A stretch of DNA of 64,000 bases. Origin: Harriotta raleighana. Its lineage: Eukaryota. The stretch spans positions 2,659,928 to 2,723,927 of the forward strand of contig JBNZDD010013683.1 of assembly GCA_050575255.1 (NCBI GenBank), written 5' to 3'. Positions 52,001 through 64,000 of this stretch are shown one piece after another (positions within the stretch are counted from its first letter, which is position 1; every line of letters starts with the position of its first letter). The notes below the pieces were generated by a model. It did not search any database and was not told where the DNA came from. It worked only from the letters and a program-made list of their open reading frames with translations. The translations under genes were made by a program, and so were the position numbers.

Positions 52001-53330
52001 TTGATCAATTTGCAGAGGTGAGAGAAATTGCAAGAAAATGCCAAATGGAAAATGCCAAAAGCAGAGAGATAAGCAATCAATACATTACCAAAGTAAGCCT
52101 GAATTCTAGAGAGTGCTGGAGACACATTTGGAATTGTGCCCAAATGTTCTGTCAAAACCAGAACTAACCCCTTTCCACTAGACACCTCTGACTCTCATAC
52201 TTGATGTAGTTAAACCTTAAGAGTTGCTAAGGTTGGAGAGACAATGATGTAATACCACACAAGACAGATCACTGTGAGAGCCTGAGAAAAACCCACAAGA
52301 GGAATCAATGATGGAAGGTAACCCCGAGGTCTGGCTGGACTATGAGTCAGGCTTGTTATGAATTCTGGGGTATGTGGAATGAGAGAGACCAACAGTACAG
52401 TAAGGTTGCATAGGCACAACATGTTGTTTTTGCAATTTTGCACCGATGGCTTCCCTCTATTCAATCTGTGATTAAAATTTACATTCGCAATTTATTCTTT
52501 TTCTTATTTAAATACAAATAAAAGTCAATTAACACCAGCGAAATGGCATCTTATTTTTCAATCTTGTTGTGAAAGGAAATCTCATCATTGTGCTCTCCTG
52601 AAATTTGGAGAGAGGCGATTATGTAGTGTATGTAGAAATTTGATTCCATATACACATTGAATAAACAGGATTTCCAACAAAGTTGCAGGCATCATTTCAT
52701 TTCTACTTTTGAAATCAGTGTTGTGGTTTTATCTTCAATAATTTGTGGAAAGTTCTTTATCTTTTACTCAAGTGTGATGTTTTCCTGCTTTTACTACATA
52801 CCAGAAGGAACATGTATACTAGATCACAATGATTGCTGAAAGACAATTCTTATCCACAGGCTGTCCAAAAGAAACATAGTTTTGTGAATCAAGATTGAAG
52901 GGTTGCACATTTGCTCACCCTGAACTGCTGTAGACTGACTGTGGTAGGTAAAAGTAATTACAGACTAGTTTCTGGTATATCTATTGAACAAGATCTGGAT
53001 TCCTGTCTGCAAAGGAATATATCCACTTAATCTTTTGAAAATCTAATTCAATTGTAAACCAGGCTGTTCCATGTTATTTACTATTTTCATTCTTAACATT
53101 GAGATGATCTGTTAAGATAACATGTTACAGCCAGTGCTTTTACACCAATGCATGTGTCATAAACCTGTCTGTAGGCAGTATTCTCCTCCTTCACTGGGGG
53201 ACGGTGAGGGATTGTGATTTCTACACGACTGGCATAATAAAAATAATATAATTCATCTCTCATTAAAATTGATGAATACTTTGTAAGTGTTTACAGCCCA
53301 CTCCACTACTGTAATTTGTGTTTAATATTA

Positions 53331-53572
53331 AAACCTTGGGCAAGTTTCCTTACTCCACACGCCTAATACAGTAATAATCCCTCAAAAAGCACAATACGCA
53401 ATAATTTGGTCACTCAAACCACTGCTGTTTGTGGGAAATGGTGGTGTGCAATTGGCTACCGTGTTCCTTCCACAAATACAGTATGCAGTCAAATCACTTT
53501 ACAGTATATTCTGTGAAGCGTTTTGAGCCATCCAGAAGACGTGAAAAGTGTTTCTCAAATGCAAGGATTATT
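53331..53572 (+). mobile_element. Headless dominant SINE (starts at AAACCTTGGGCAA)
   Basis: Body and tail complete; tRNA head absent. Confidence 0.9.
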
Positions 53573-54824
53573 AACAATATGCGAAAATGAGTGTTTTCAA
53601 GCAGCAGCAGAAAGCAAATTTGGTTTATTTCATTCATTAATAAGTTTTATTCTTTTAAAAGGAAGCAACACTTGTTCCCTAAGTAAATCTCTGCCACTTG
53701 TCAGGTTGTGATGTGGTTTATGCGCAAACATATTGTGCGACCAGATAATGACTTCAGTTCATCTTTGACAACATTTTGGAATTTGGAAGAAACCCAATGG
53801 GAAACGTTGTTCAATTTCCTACTCAGTAACGGACACAAAACCAAGATTGTCTTGTGACAGAACCGATGCCGTGGTTAATCTGCAGTAAATGTTGATTTGA
53901 AGTGAAAAGTGCAGGTATAAATCTGGTTAAAACAGTGAGATTCAGAATCAAAGACATGATTTTAAGGAGCAGTATAAATATGCAAAGTAAGTCTGCTTAG
54001 TTCCACAGTAGTGTTGGGTAGTCCAGTGGATATTCATTGAGTTATAGCTGATCTCATTATGAACTAATGAGCATAGCTAATTGCCAGCATCCATCCTCAT
54101 TCAGGTTTTAAAGTTTGACTTGCACTGATATCAAATCATCGTCTTATTTTCCTTTTATTTTGCTCTAAACATTCAAATGTTGAATAGGTTTGAATGAAAA
54201 AGCAGACAAGTGCAGCAGTTAATGAAGCGGACTTTGCAATCATTTTTAAATTCCTTTATTTGACAAGAACACGACAATCAAAGACCAAATTACATCAATA
54301 AAGCCAGTGACGCCTGCAATTTACTGCTTAAATAAGAAATGAAAGGAACGTATAACATTCAGCTTTCAAAAGCAAACCTTTTTGTACCCTCCACCTCCAC
54401 TACCAGATTGATACAATCATTAAAAGACCGTGGGAGATTTTATATTTCCACTCACAAAGAATAACCTTGTGTTAACACACACAACAAATTACTCATTCCA
54501 GCTCTTCCAATATGGAATATTGAAAGCAGCAAGAAAAGCAAACATGTAAGGTTAGCAGTTCTGTGCTATCTATTTTTAGATGCCAAAGGTATTTTGAATG
54601 CATGCCATGGGAAAGATTCATTATTATTTTTTAAAAACGTGGAATATTTCACACGTTTTTAACCGTTTTTAATGAGTAGAGTGAGTAATAGTTCAAGGGC
54701 TACTTTAATAAACGCTTAAAACTATCTTTCTTTTCACAAGACCTGTTACCATTCACTAAGAATTAGTTTCTGAAGCGCCATTGCTATGTTGCTGAATCAT
54801 TTAGATCAGAGTTATTTGTATACA

Positions 54825-54825
<1 letters not shown>

Positions 54826-54864
<39 letters not shown>

Positions 54865-54877
54865 ATGTGTGTGTGTG
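54826..54877. repeat. (TA)n followed by a short (TG)n microsatellite
   Basis: About 18 TA units, then AAACA(TG)n. Confidence 0.95.
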
Positions 54878-55217
54878 CCTTATGGGATCTGAATCAGGAG
54901 AGAAATCATAGGTGCTATAATTAACCTCAGTGTTTCCTGGTGGGAGAGTGAACAAATAAATTGGCCAATCCTGCTTGTTATCCAGTGGGGGTCCCTATTA
55001 GATGGTTGTACATGTGTGTTATATCCATCTGAATATCCTAACAATCCTCTCCCTCCTAGCTTTTACAGGTCAAGAATATTTGGGTGAGTGCGCACCAATG
55101 AACCAGACTTTGTAGCAGACCTGTACTGGAGACCAACTTTGATGAATATCCGCTGTCATTAACACCGGACGCAAAGTCAGTTACCCTTTCACCTTCTCGT
55201 CTCCATTTGTAGTCCCT

Positions 55218-55493
55218 GAGTCCTGTAGCTCAGTGGTTAGAGCTCTCGCCTTGTAAGAGAGAGACCTGGGCTCAATTCCAGGCAGGGCCAGTTTTCTTAC
55301 TCCACGTGCCTGATAATACCTCAAGAAAAAATTGTCATTTCAATCCATGACTGCTTGTGGGAAACTGCTGTGTGTAATTGGCTGCTGCGTTTTACCCACA
55401 AATAAATAGTTGATTCACTTTACAGTATATTCTGCAATGTTTTTTGAGATGTCTAGAAGACATGAAGAGAGCTATATCAAGCGCAAGGATCAT
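55218..55493 (+). mobile_element. Full-length dominant SINE with small deletions
   Basis: GAGTCCTGTAGCTCAGTGGTTAGAGCTCTCGCCTTGTAAGAGAGAGACCTGGG...GCTATATCAAGCGCAAGGAT. Confidence 0.9.
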
Positions 55494-55587
55494 TGTTAGT
55501 AATGCATTTTAAAATTACATTATTCTGACCAAATTATGATAGTAAGTACATTAGCTTTAAAATAGTCCGCACTTTGCTATTTGGGTA

Positions 55588-55641
55588 AGGTGTGAAAGGC
55601 GCTGTACAAATGAAATTTTGTTGTTGTTGTTGTTGTTGTTG
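55588..55641 (+). repeat. L2-type tail end with (GTT)n
   Basis: GGTGTGAAAGGCGCTGTACAAATGAAATTTT(GTT)n. Confidence 0.75.
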
Positions 55642-56399
55642 TATACAGGCTGGTGTAAAAACCTCTAAAATCGAATGGCTGTAAACTTGAGTGATGGGAA
55701 AATCTGAAGTAGCGCTATAGGTGAGTTTGAGGCTTTTGTAAAATAAACATCGAAGTGTAATTTTAATGAAAATTAAAAAAAAACTTTATTTGTGACTATC
55801 CTGTGGTCACTTTTTCCCTGTCTTCTCTCTCCCTTGTTTCTTTGTTATTTTAGTTGACTTTACACTATCCTTCCTATTCCATCACACCTTTTACCTTTCC
55901 TCATAAAATCTTTCTTATCTGTCTTCTTTCCCGCTGCCGAAGCTGACTTTGCTGAAAGCGAGGAGCAATCTTTTATTAAGAGAACTTTCCATTGACTGGA
56001 AAAAAAAATACCATCACAGTTGGGATTCCGAGAATCTGCGCAAATGTGCTGTCAGAAACATCAATTATTGATTTATTCTTGGAATGTTGGGGGAGTGGTG
56101 TGTAAAGAATCTATATTAATGACGATGTTTAAGGCATTTGTCCACCCACAATGGTGTGGTGTGTGACACCATCCCTTTCAGTCTCACGGATTTGAGTCTG
56201 AAATGTTGCGTTGAGTGCTTGTTGTTTATCTCAGAGCCTTTCCCCCCCCTGTATTAGTATTTTTTAAGTTTGAGCAAACCCACTATATCCTAAACATCAT
56301 CCCAGTCAGCTATGTGAAGCATTTTGATAGATGTGAATGCAGAAATGTAAATTGTAGTTTTTGTTGCCTCATCATTGATCTTTACAAGGGTGGAATAAT

Positions 56400-56625
56400 A
56401 TAGAGGGTGGTCAGAATGTGAAACTTGCTGCTAGAAGCTGTAGTTGAAGCAAAAAGCGTAAATTATTTAAGAGAAAACTTGATGCGTGCATGAGGGAAAA
56501 GGGAATAGCGAGGTATAGGTGAGTTGAATAGGAGTGGTGAGGGCTTGTGTGTAGTACAAACTCCAACATGAACCAAATGGCTTGTTTCTGTGTCATTACC
56601 ACTCAATCTAACTACTTTATGTAAC
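56400..56625 (+). mobile_element. CR1 LINE 3' end
   Basis: AGAGGGTGGTCAGAATGTGAAACTTGCTG...GTAGTTGAAGCAAA...AAACTTGATGCGTGCATGAGGGAAAAGGGAATA...AAATGGCTTGTTTCTGTG. Confidence 0.8.
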
Positions 56626-57149
56626 TTTTCCCCCCCCCCCCCCATATCACGCTCTTGTACTTGGCCTTGTTAACAGTTTTGCATTGCCTGGGATTGGGGA
56701 TAGAATTGTGAGTAATTCAATCTAATTCCATCACCTTTTGGACCTGTGGTGAACAACACATTTTCATATCTCATTTTCCAGTGTGTATTTGCTTACATTG
56801 ATTCAAATTAAAATCTACCTACAACTCCTGGTGCAATTGGTCCAGAACCCTTTGAAAGTCAATCCCCTTGTACTTCTCACCTTGCCACATAGTACAGTAG
56901 TGGGATCATCAAGCTTGAATGAGCCACGGGGAAGCAGAATAAACCCCTCTGTGAAACTCCATTGATCATTGGCTCTGACAGTTTTTCAATTTATCATTAC
57001 CTTCTGCTCTGTATTGCTCAGTCAGGTTCGAATCCTCACATCAATAAGATGTGAGAAAGATGAGTTTGCTTGAAAAACAGAGGTGTAATGCAAAAGACAG
57101 TGGGGAAAAGGATGCAACAAAAAAGCTGAATGGAGGAAAAGGAAATAAT

Positions 57150-57432
57150 GGAGTCCTGTAGCTCAGTGGTTAGAGCATTCACCTTACAAACAAGAGACCT
57201 GGGTATAAATCAAGGCAGGGGGAAAGCTATGTCAAATGCAAGGATATTTATTATTAAATTGTTCACTCACTTCATGATTGTTTGTGGGATGTTGCTTTGT
57301 GCAAATTGGCTGTTGTATACCCCTTCAAATACGCAGTCATTACATTTCGCAGTAAAACAAAATCCTGTAAAGTGCTTTGAGATGTCTTGTCAACTTGATA
57401 ATGCATTATAACAAATGCCAATTTTATTATTA
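57150..57432 (+). mobile_element. Rearranged or chimeric dominant SINE
   Basis: tRNA head, then a terminal tail piece (GCTATGTCAAATGCAAGGATATTTATTATTA), then a body and a second, more degraded tail. Confidence 0.8.
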
Positions 57433-57629
57433 TAAATTACGCGTTGACTTAACAAATGAGTGAGAAAAATATAAAATATATTTAAGTGATTTGGCATTTC
57501 CACTCCTCCATTCCATTCTTTTGCTGTGGAAAAGGCACGTTCTCTTGAGTATTTTGTCCATAAACATTGTTAACTGGATTTGCTATCGTATGTAACTAAT
57601 GATACTGAAATTGATTTACAATATAGTTA

Positions 57630-57900
57630 ATCAGGATCATGGAAACAGAAAGAGGCTATTCAGCCTGTCGAGATTGTCCCATCACTTTAAGAGAACACAG
57701 CGTATCTTTTAATGTCATTTCCCAACCTTTGCCTCAAATTCCTTGATGCTTTTCGTGTGTTTTCCGAGCTTACTTTTAAAGTTCCCAATGTGATTCCACC
57801 TCTACAGCCTGCCAGGAAGTTCCATTCCACATTTGCACCAGCCTCTCTTTGAAGAGATTTTTGTTCTGATATCACTTCTAATTGTCCGAGCTCTTAATTT
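57630..57900 (-). mobile_element. CR1 3' fragment
   Basis: GATCATGGAAACAGAAAGAGGCTATTCAGCCTGTCGAG...TTCCACCTCTACAGCC...CATTCCACATTTGCACCAGCCTCT. Confidence 0.7.
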
Positions 57901-57964
57901 TAGGATTACTGTCTTAAAAGTTGTGAAATTTGGAATGAGTAAAGCCCATTTAGACCTTCCAGTT

Positions 57965-58210
57965 CAACGGCTGACAGATGGTGAAGGGCAATTTCAGGAC
58001 TGACATCAGGGAGTGCTGTATATGTTTACGCAGATGGTAATTAATTTACTGCAGTGGGTTACTCAGAAGGAGGTTGAAGCCAGGATTCTAGATTCATGTA
58101 AGAAATAGCTCAGTGCTACAAAGGGAAGACAGTGGATTGAATATTCTGGAGGGATGAAATCAAATGGCCAAAGGGCCTCCTTCATTTGTACCTCTCTTGT
58201 GATCTTGTGA
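57965..58210 (+). mobile_element. CR1 3' end
   Basis: GGTGAAGGGCAATTTCAGGACTGACATCAGG...CAGATGGTAATTAAT...ATGGCCAAAGGGCCTCCTTCATTTGTACCTCTCTTGTGATCTTGTGA. Confidence 0.75.
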
Positions 58211-59892
58211 ATTTAAGTCCTTAATGATTCAACACACCCACTCAATCTCCTACAGGAGGTGAAATCCACAGGTATTTTCAAGAAGATGCAACTTGGATTG
58301 CCAATGGAGCCCTGGGAGCCATTGATATAAAATGAACAAGAAAGTCAAAGTGATGAGATTAGGAGATTTTTTGGTCTCACCCCTTACCCCCCAAACCCCA
58401 ATGGGAAATGGGGAGGTGGAATACACTCCTCTCACTAAAGCAATTAACTCTATGCTGGTTAAAATCTTAAAAAATAAATGGAAAGCGTTTTACTTCGTCG
58501 GAAATCAATGTAAAAGTACTGCTAGTATAAAAAAAGAAAAGCGAGGCAACGAAAAAAGGAAAGGGAGTTTAAAAGAGAAAAGGGAAATTTAAAACAAAAA
58601 CACTTATTTAAGTGTTCCAAGAATAAAGCTACTCTTTGAATGTACTGGCAACTTTACTGTTTTGTGAATTATAGGCCTGAAAGGTTTAAGCTGTTAGCAC
58701 AATAGGTTATGACTAACAAGACGTGTGAGTGTTGACTTCAGTCTTCTATAGGCACCGATTTTTCTGTTGCTGTTGCGACGGTGGAGCTATAATTCAGCCC
58801 AGTGAAACCGAACATTTTAATTCACTTGGACGGATGTGTTCGTTTAATGGATTCTGACCGTGAAACATTCTCCAGAACGTTTATCGAATCTTAGAGACCT
58901 CGTCACCTTTAGCTGTTAATATTTAGGCAGACTGATTTCCTGGAACAGTCGAACAAATGGCTCCCACCAAAGAAACAAAAAAATCTGCTGCAATTCTGTC
59001 AGTTTGGCCATCTGGATAAGGTCTGAAACCTGCTGGCTCCAAGTGAGCTGGTGACGTGGATCTGCCATTGTCACCTCTATCACGACTTTGGAGAAACTTT
59101 AATTTTTATAAAGCTGGTAAAGTGTCACACACGACCTTGCACTCAATCACGATGCACCTATAGATTATTGAACCAGTGGTGATGAATTTCTCGTGCTCCT
59201 TAATGCATGAGATGAACCATCATGATTCACAGGGGCTGTGGTAATAGACTTTCGCTGGTTCAGATCTATACGCTTTAATACGCTCAACCTTATTTCCGAG
59301 TCTGTTGAATTTTTTTGGGGTTTCAAATGCCTCACTAGATGTCAGAAGTTTGTAAGCAGCGTATTATATACCCCACTTGTGTGTTCCAATGCTTCAGTTG
59401 AAGTTCAAAGCTGTTTTGCTTTTGAAAAGTTTCCCTGGTCAAACATTGGCTATGAAATTATTGAATATAGACAATATATATGTGGGTGAGTAGATAGTTA
59501 GTTTGCCCTTTTCACATGCATATATAAAATTGACTTAAAATGTAAAGTGATGCTGTCTTAAAATGTTCATTTCACTGAGTGAATCATAATTGTTTCTGAC
59601 TCGATATTGAAACTAGTTTTACTTACGAGGCAGCTAACGGCAAGCTGCAGTTGGGAGCCTGTTAAAGGGATAGTGAAATAGAAATGCCATGAAATAAAAC
59701 ACACAAACTGGTGCATTCCGATTCACATGACAGTAGCTATAGACATTGATGAGGAGGAGCAGCAAAATGCATTTCACTTTATTTAATCCTCTTCAAAATG
59801 AATTCCTATTACTGCAAAACCATTAGTAACTTACAGCAGTCATTTTCTATGCTTAATGTCTTTAGAACAGCCTACGTAAAGCAGGATAAATA

Positions 59893-60060
59893 TTAACAAC
59901 GACTTGTATTTATATACCGTCCTCCCTCCACGCCGGGCGGCATCTCAGAGCGCTTCACAATGGCAGAGCCCGAAGCAGAGCCAGGGGGAGGGGGAAAGTG
60001 ACCGTAAGCGCGGTCAAAGTAAAAGGTCTTTACACGCGACCTGAAGATGGGAGAGGAGGT
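59893..60060 (-). mobile_element. L2 3' UTR and tail
   Basis: AACAACGACTTGTATTTATATACCGTCCTCCCTCCACGCCGGGCGGCATCTCAGAGCGCTTCACA, followed by a purine-rich L2 UTR antisense. Confidence 0.75.
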
Positions 60061-61399
60061 GAAGTTGAATCCGTCTCAATGGTAGATGCGTTCTTCAGTG
60101 AACTTGGAGTGACATACATTTTGCTGCTCTCTTGTCACAGCGGCAACTGTACATATCTGCAAGATTAGAGGTCTGAGCATCACAACATGCAAACACTGTG
60201 TCATTCTTAAATGCCGAACGTAAGCCACTTAGTGAAGACCTTAATAAAAGCGTTCCACTTTTACCTCAATGAGGCCATGGATTGCTGTCGAGCTGCTCAC
60301 TACCATTATGTTGGTGCACGACCATTTTTTTGTTTTAATCATCTGCTTCTGCAACACAGTCCACGAGTGTGAGGCAGACGTTTCGAAAAGCAGCCCATAA
60401 AAACTTGATATTGCTGACAGACAAATAAAGCCACCTCGCCAACCACGATTGTCATTTATTCTCACTTTTAAAGGGGTAAAGGTGAGACAGGAGCTAGTTT
60501 TGTATCGGAGGCTAGTTAATAAAATGACGAAAACTTAAAAAATAGAACGTACTCTTGATTTTCTGCGTCAGATGTTGCTGGAATGCAGTCGAAAGCTTTC
60601 CTGACACCCATCTGTGAGATCCATTATTTATGATTATTATTATCCAAAACCAAGCCAAATGGTCCATTGTGTCAGAGGACTTTGGCTTTCATGGATGATA
60701 CAGTACAATGCAATTTAAGTTTATTTCAGCACCTTTCACATAGGGAGGACATCTCAAAGCACTTAACAGGTTTATGTCCTCTTGAGATAGATTCAACCTC
60801 ACAAGGCATGCTTGGGACATTTCTGCATTGTGTTGCTATGAAATTCTATCCTTCCTGGCCATGTCTTCATCTCTCTCTCTCTCTCACTTTCTGCCTGCCA
60901 GAGTAAGAATATTTAGATACGAATGTTGCTGAAACTACTTATCCGAATGGCGCAAACTCTTTTTTTGGAGAGAATTGAAAAGGAATGTAGATGCAAATGC
61001 AATTAAAAGACAAGTTTCTGGCCAGGGCAAGTTTCCATGTTGTCCACCAGGGGCTCGAATGATGGAACTGTTAATCCAAGAATGTACACCCGGTAATCCA
61101 GCAGTTTCCTGATACTCCTCCAAACTAGAACTCTGTATTATTTTAACAGCATGAGAGTCAGGATAGATTGTAAATATTATGGGGAAAGGGGAAGACTTTT
61201 GAGTCGAATGACCCTTTCTCATTCGCTGCTTTCATATGCTCTTGTGTGGTGATTGGAAAAAAAATCCATTGTAACAGGGCAACAAGTTGCTCGTCTTCCT
61301 TTAACGTACCAAATGTGACAGTAATTATTATTAAACAACCATTCAGTAAGGGAACATTGCAATAACATTCATTTTTCAAGTACCGTAACACTACTACTA

Positions 61400-61505
61400 A
61401 TAATAATCCTTGCGTTTGATATAGCGGTTTCACATCTTCTATACGTCTCAAAGCGCTTCACAGAATATACTGTAAAAGTGAATTGACTGTATATTTGTGG
61501 GCAAA
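61400..61505 (-). mobile_element. Dominant SINE 3' part
   Basis: TAATAATCCTTGCGTTTGATATAGCGG...CTCAAAGCGCTTCACAGAATATACTGTAAAAGTGAATTGACTGTATATTTGTGGGC. Confidence 0.9.
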
Positions 61506-61873
61506 ATTCTCGTTCGGTACCTTTATTCAATTGTACAAAGTTAGTAAAGAACTTTCACTATGTGCTGTATTTCCACTACATGTACAAACAGTATTACAGA
61601 AGAGGGCAGAGCCTTCATTATAAAGTACTGATTCGCCCAGGAATATAGTAGTCAGACATCGCACTTGTCCCTCTGAAATACAAATTCAGTGAGGGATTTT
61701 AGCAGAAAAGTAACATAACACGGACTGCATTTTTCAGCCCATGAGATGGAGTTTTCAGGGAACCATTTAAGTTCCTTACATTGGCACAGCAGAATGTATT
61801 GACTGTTTAAACCTCCAGCAGCTGTTTCCCTTTCATCTACGTGCTAGAGAAAATCCCATGCTAATCAACAAAT

Positions 61874-61905
61874 GTTCCCTTAGCAACCGTGTGGCTACAG
61901 GAAAC
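61874..61905. promoter_or_regulatory. Tandem RFX X-box-like motifs
   Basis: GTTCCCTTAGCAAC (61874-61887) and GTGGCTACAGGAAAC (61891-61905), imperfect matches to GTNRCC(N0-3)RGYAAC. Confidence 0.4.
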
Positions 61906-63189
61906 CTAACTAACAAATTGAAATGATTCCTGGAGCTACAGCCACAACAACAACCTGGCCATGTTTGTTGCGATGCTTTGGGAATACATCACATCTTGCG
62001 TAACCTTAAGGCATCTCTACCTGTTGTACCATCTTAACTTCCAATAAGTCTGCCTCACTTTTACGCTTTTAGTCACGCCCGAGACACTAACCCACGCAAA
62101 GTGCGCGATAGAAAAGCCATTTTTGTTGTTGCTCTACGACGCACACGCATCGCTTGTGTTTAGTTTTTGCCCGTAAAATCATGTTGCGAAACCCAACTGA
62201 TTCATTTAGCATTGTTTCAAGAGTTGAAATGGATTGGGGGAAATCCCAAAGCAGTGCAGATATCATATTGCTATTGGAAGCAGTGGACTGAGAAATGGCT
62301 GCCTCTTATTTCCAACGATTGTGTTACAGCTGCCGAGGCGCTTTCCATCCCATCGGTCTGAGCTGGACTCGAATATTGATGGCAGAGGTAAAATTAGTGT
62401 TCTTATTCACTGCAGCCCTGGTATGCCAGGCAAAATCATTTTATTGTCATTTTCCTTCCACCCTAGTTAAATCCGGACGTATGCAGTGCTGTCTAACTGA
62501 GCAATTGAATCCAAATCTGTGTAAAACTGCAGGAACAGTTGTTACTGAAAATGACTAGTCTCGATCTCCCTAAGGAAAACTTCAGCCCGTTAAACCGGTA
62601 CCCTGCGGCAGTCATGTCCCATTTACTGCGGATAAATCTAGTGGAGGAAGATGGCAAGATTAATGCGATAACTAATTGGATGAACTGATCCAAGGACAGG
62701 GATAGCTGCTGACAGATATTGGTGCCTGTAACCTTTTAATCCAAGTGGCAGTGAAATGAGTGACCAGGTGATATGTGTAAGTTCTCATTTTAGCTGCCAA
62801 ACAAACAGGGAATGATGAGAGCTCACTGTCCAAAGAAACTTTCAAAGTCACACAGACTTAGATAACAAGCTGACAAAAAATGCTTTTGTGGAATAAAAAG
62901 CTCTTGTTTGTAACTACCCATATGTTCCTACCCACCCAGTATCACACTTACTGTCATTAGGCAATTCTTTATTGACCAATAATACTGTTGCTGTGGTGTA
63001 GTGCCTTATGGAATGGCAGGTAAATCCCAGTGGTGATCCTAATAGGAATGGAATTTAGCATTGCTGCAAATTCACACGAACTTGTCTTATTTAATCAGAT
63101 ACATGGATATTTTGGTAACCAGAGCCTGTCAAATGAAGTGCCCGGAGTTGATCTGGACCAATTAAAGATATCACTTTATGTTTAAATGC

Positions 63190-63904
63190 ACACTGCACAC
63201 TCCACCTCACCAAGCCGGTCAGGAACCCAGGTGTCTTGTTCGATCGTCAACTGTCTTTTCTCCCCCACATCCATGCCATGATCCGCTCTGCTTTCCCTCA
63301 CCTCTGCAGCATTGCCCAATGCCTCCGCCACAACCTCACCCCTCAGGCCGCTGAAACTCTCATTCATGCCTTCATCAAGTCCAGGCTCGACTACACCAAT
63401 GCCCTGTTGCCCTCCTCATCGCCTCCCTCCATAGGCTACAAATCATCCAGAAATCTGCACCCCGTATCACCCCCATTCTCGCCCAACTCCACTGGCGTCC
63501 CATCACCCAGAGGATTCAATTCAAGATGCTGGTCCTTATCTTCAAAGCCCTCCATAGCTTTGACCACCTAACTCCCTCACAAACATGCTCCCTCCGCTCA
63601 ACGGCCTCTGGCTTGCTTCATGTTCTCTGCCCCACCATCAGCAGGTGAACCTTCAGCCTCTCTTATCCCAATCTTTGGAATTCCATCCTGCAATCACTCC
63701 GCTTCACCCCCTCCCCAGCCCCGTTCAAGTCCGGCCTCAAGATCCTTCTCTTTGACCGTGCCTTCGATCACCCCCACTTACCCTCCTTTCCCTCCACCCT
63801 CCCCAATCCTGCCCCCTGATTCGGTCCAAAACACTGACTGTCCAGCGCCTCGGGACATTCTCCAGGTGTGAAAGGCGCTGTAAAAATGTAATTTTGTTGT
63901 TGTT
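63190..63904 (+). mobile_element. L2 LINE, 5'-truncated, ORF2 C-terminal region plus complete 3' tail
   Basis: VRNPGVLFDRQLSFLPHIHAMIRSAFPHLCSIAQCLRHNLTPQAAETLIHAFIKSRLDYTNALL (L2 signature), then frameshifted HWRP.TQRIQFK; tail CAGCGCCTCGGGACATTCTCCAGGTGTGAAAGGCGCTGTAAAAATGTAATTTTGTTGTTGTT. Confidence 0.92.
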
Positions 63905-63962
63905 ATGTTTTAAATGTACAGTAATTAAATACAATATGAATCACTATTGCATGTAGATCAGA

Positions 63963-64000
63963 TAATAATAATAATCCTTGCATTTGATATAGTGCATTAT
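63963..64000 (-). mobile_element. Dominant SINE tail at window edge
   Basis: ATAATAATAATAATCCTTGCATTTGATATAGTGC. Confidence 0.8.

Overview
This window is vertebrate genomic DNA, not prokaryotic. The repeat complement (SacSINE1/Deu-type SINEs, shark-type CR1 tails, shark-type Penelope) points to a cartilaginous fish, possibly a holocephalan; that assignment is an inference. The only recognisable protein-coding gene is the 3' part of METTL15 (mitochondrial 12S rRNA m4C methyltransferase, RsmH/MraW family). It has three + strand exons, 678-869, 2460-2638 and 13127-13566, with GT-AG junctions and matching phases. The remaining ~50 kb has no recognisable coding exon, as expected for the gene desert 3' of METTL15. 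It carries about 20 copies or fragments of one composite tRNA-derived SINE, older Deu-domain SINEs, L2 and CR1 LINE fragments, a Penelope 3' end with a decayed hammerhead motif, and two copies of a TA-flanked Tigger-like MITE. Several repeat-free, motif-rich blocks are enhancer candidates. Most single-N positions sit between near-identical duplicated flanks and look like assembly artefacts. I found no evidence of a novel protein-coding system. The best leads are non-coding: an inverted 32-bp core pair with an adjacent palindrome at 41.1/42.6 kb, the modular SINE/L2 tail system with visible covariation, and CRE/AP-1/RFX clusters. Repeat boundaries are by eye (about +/-10-30 nt), and repeat family names come from remembered consensus sequences, not a database search.
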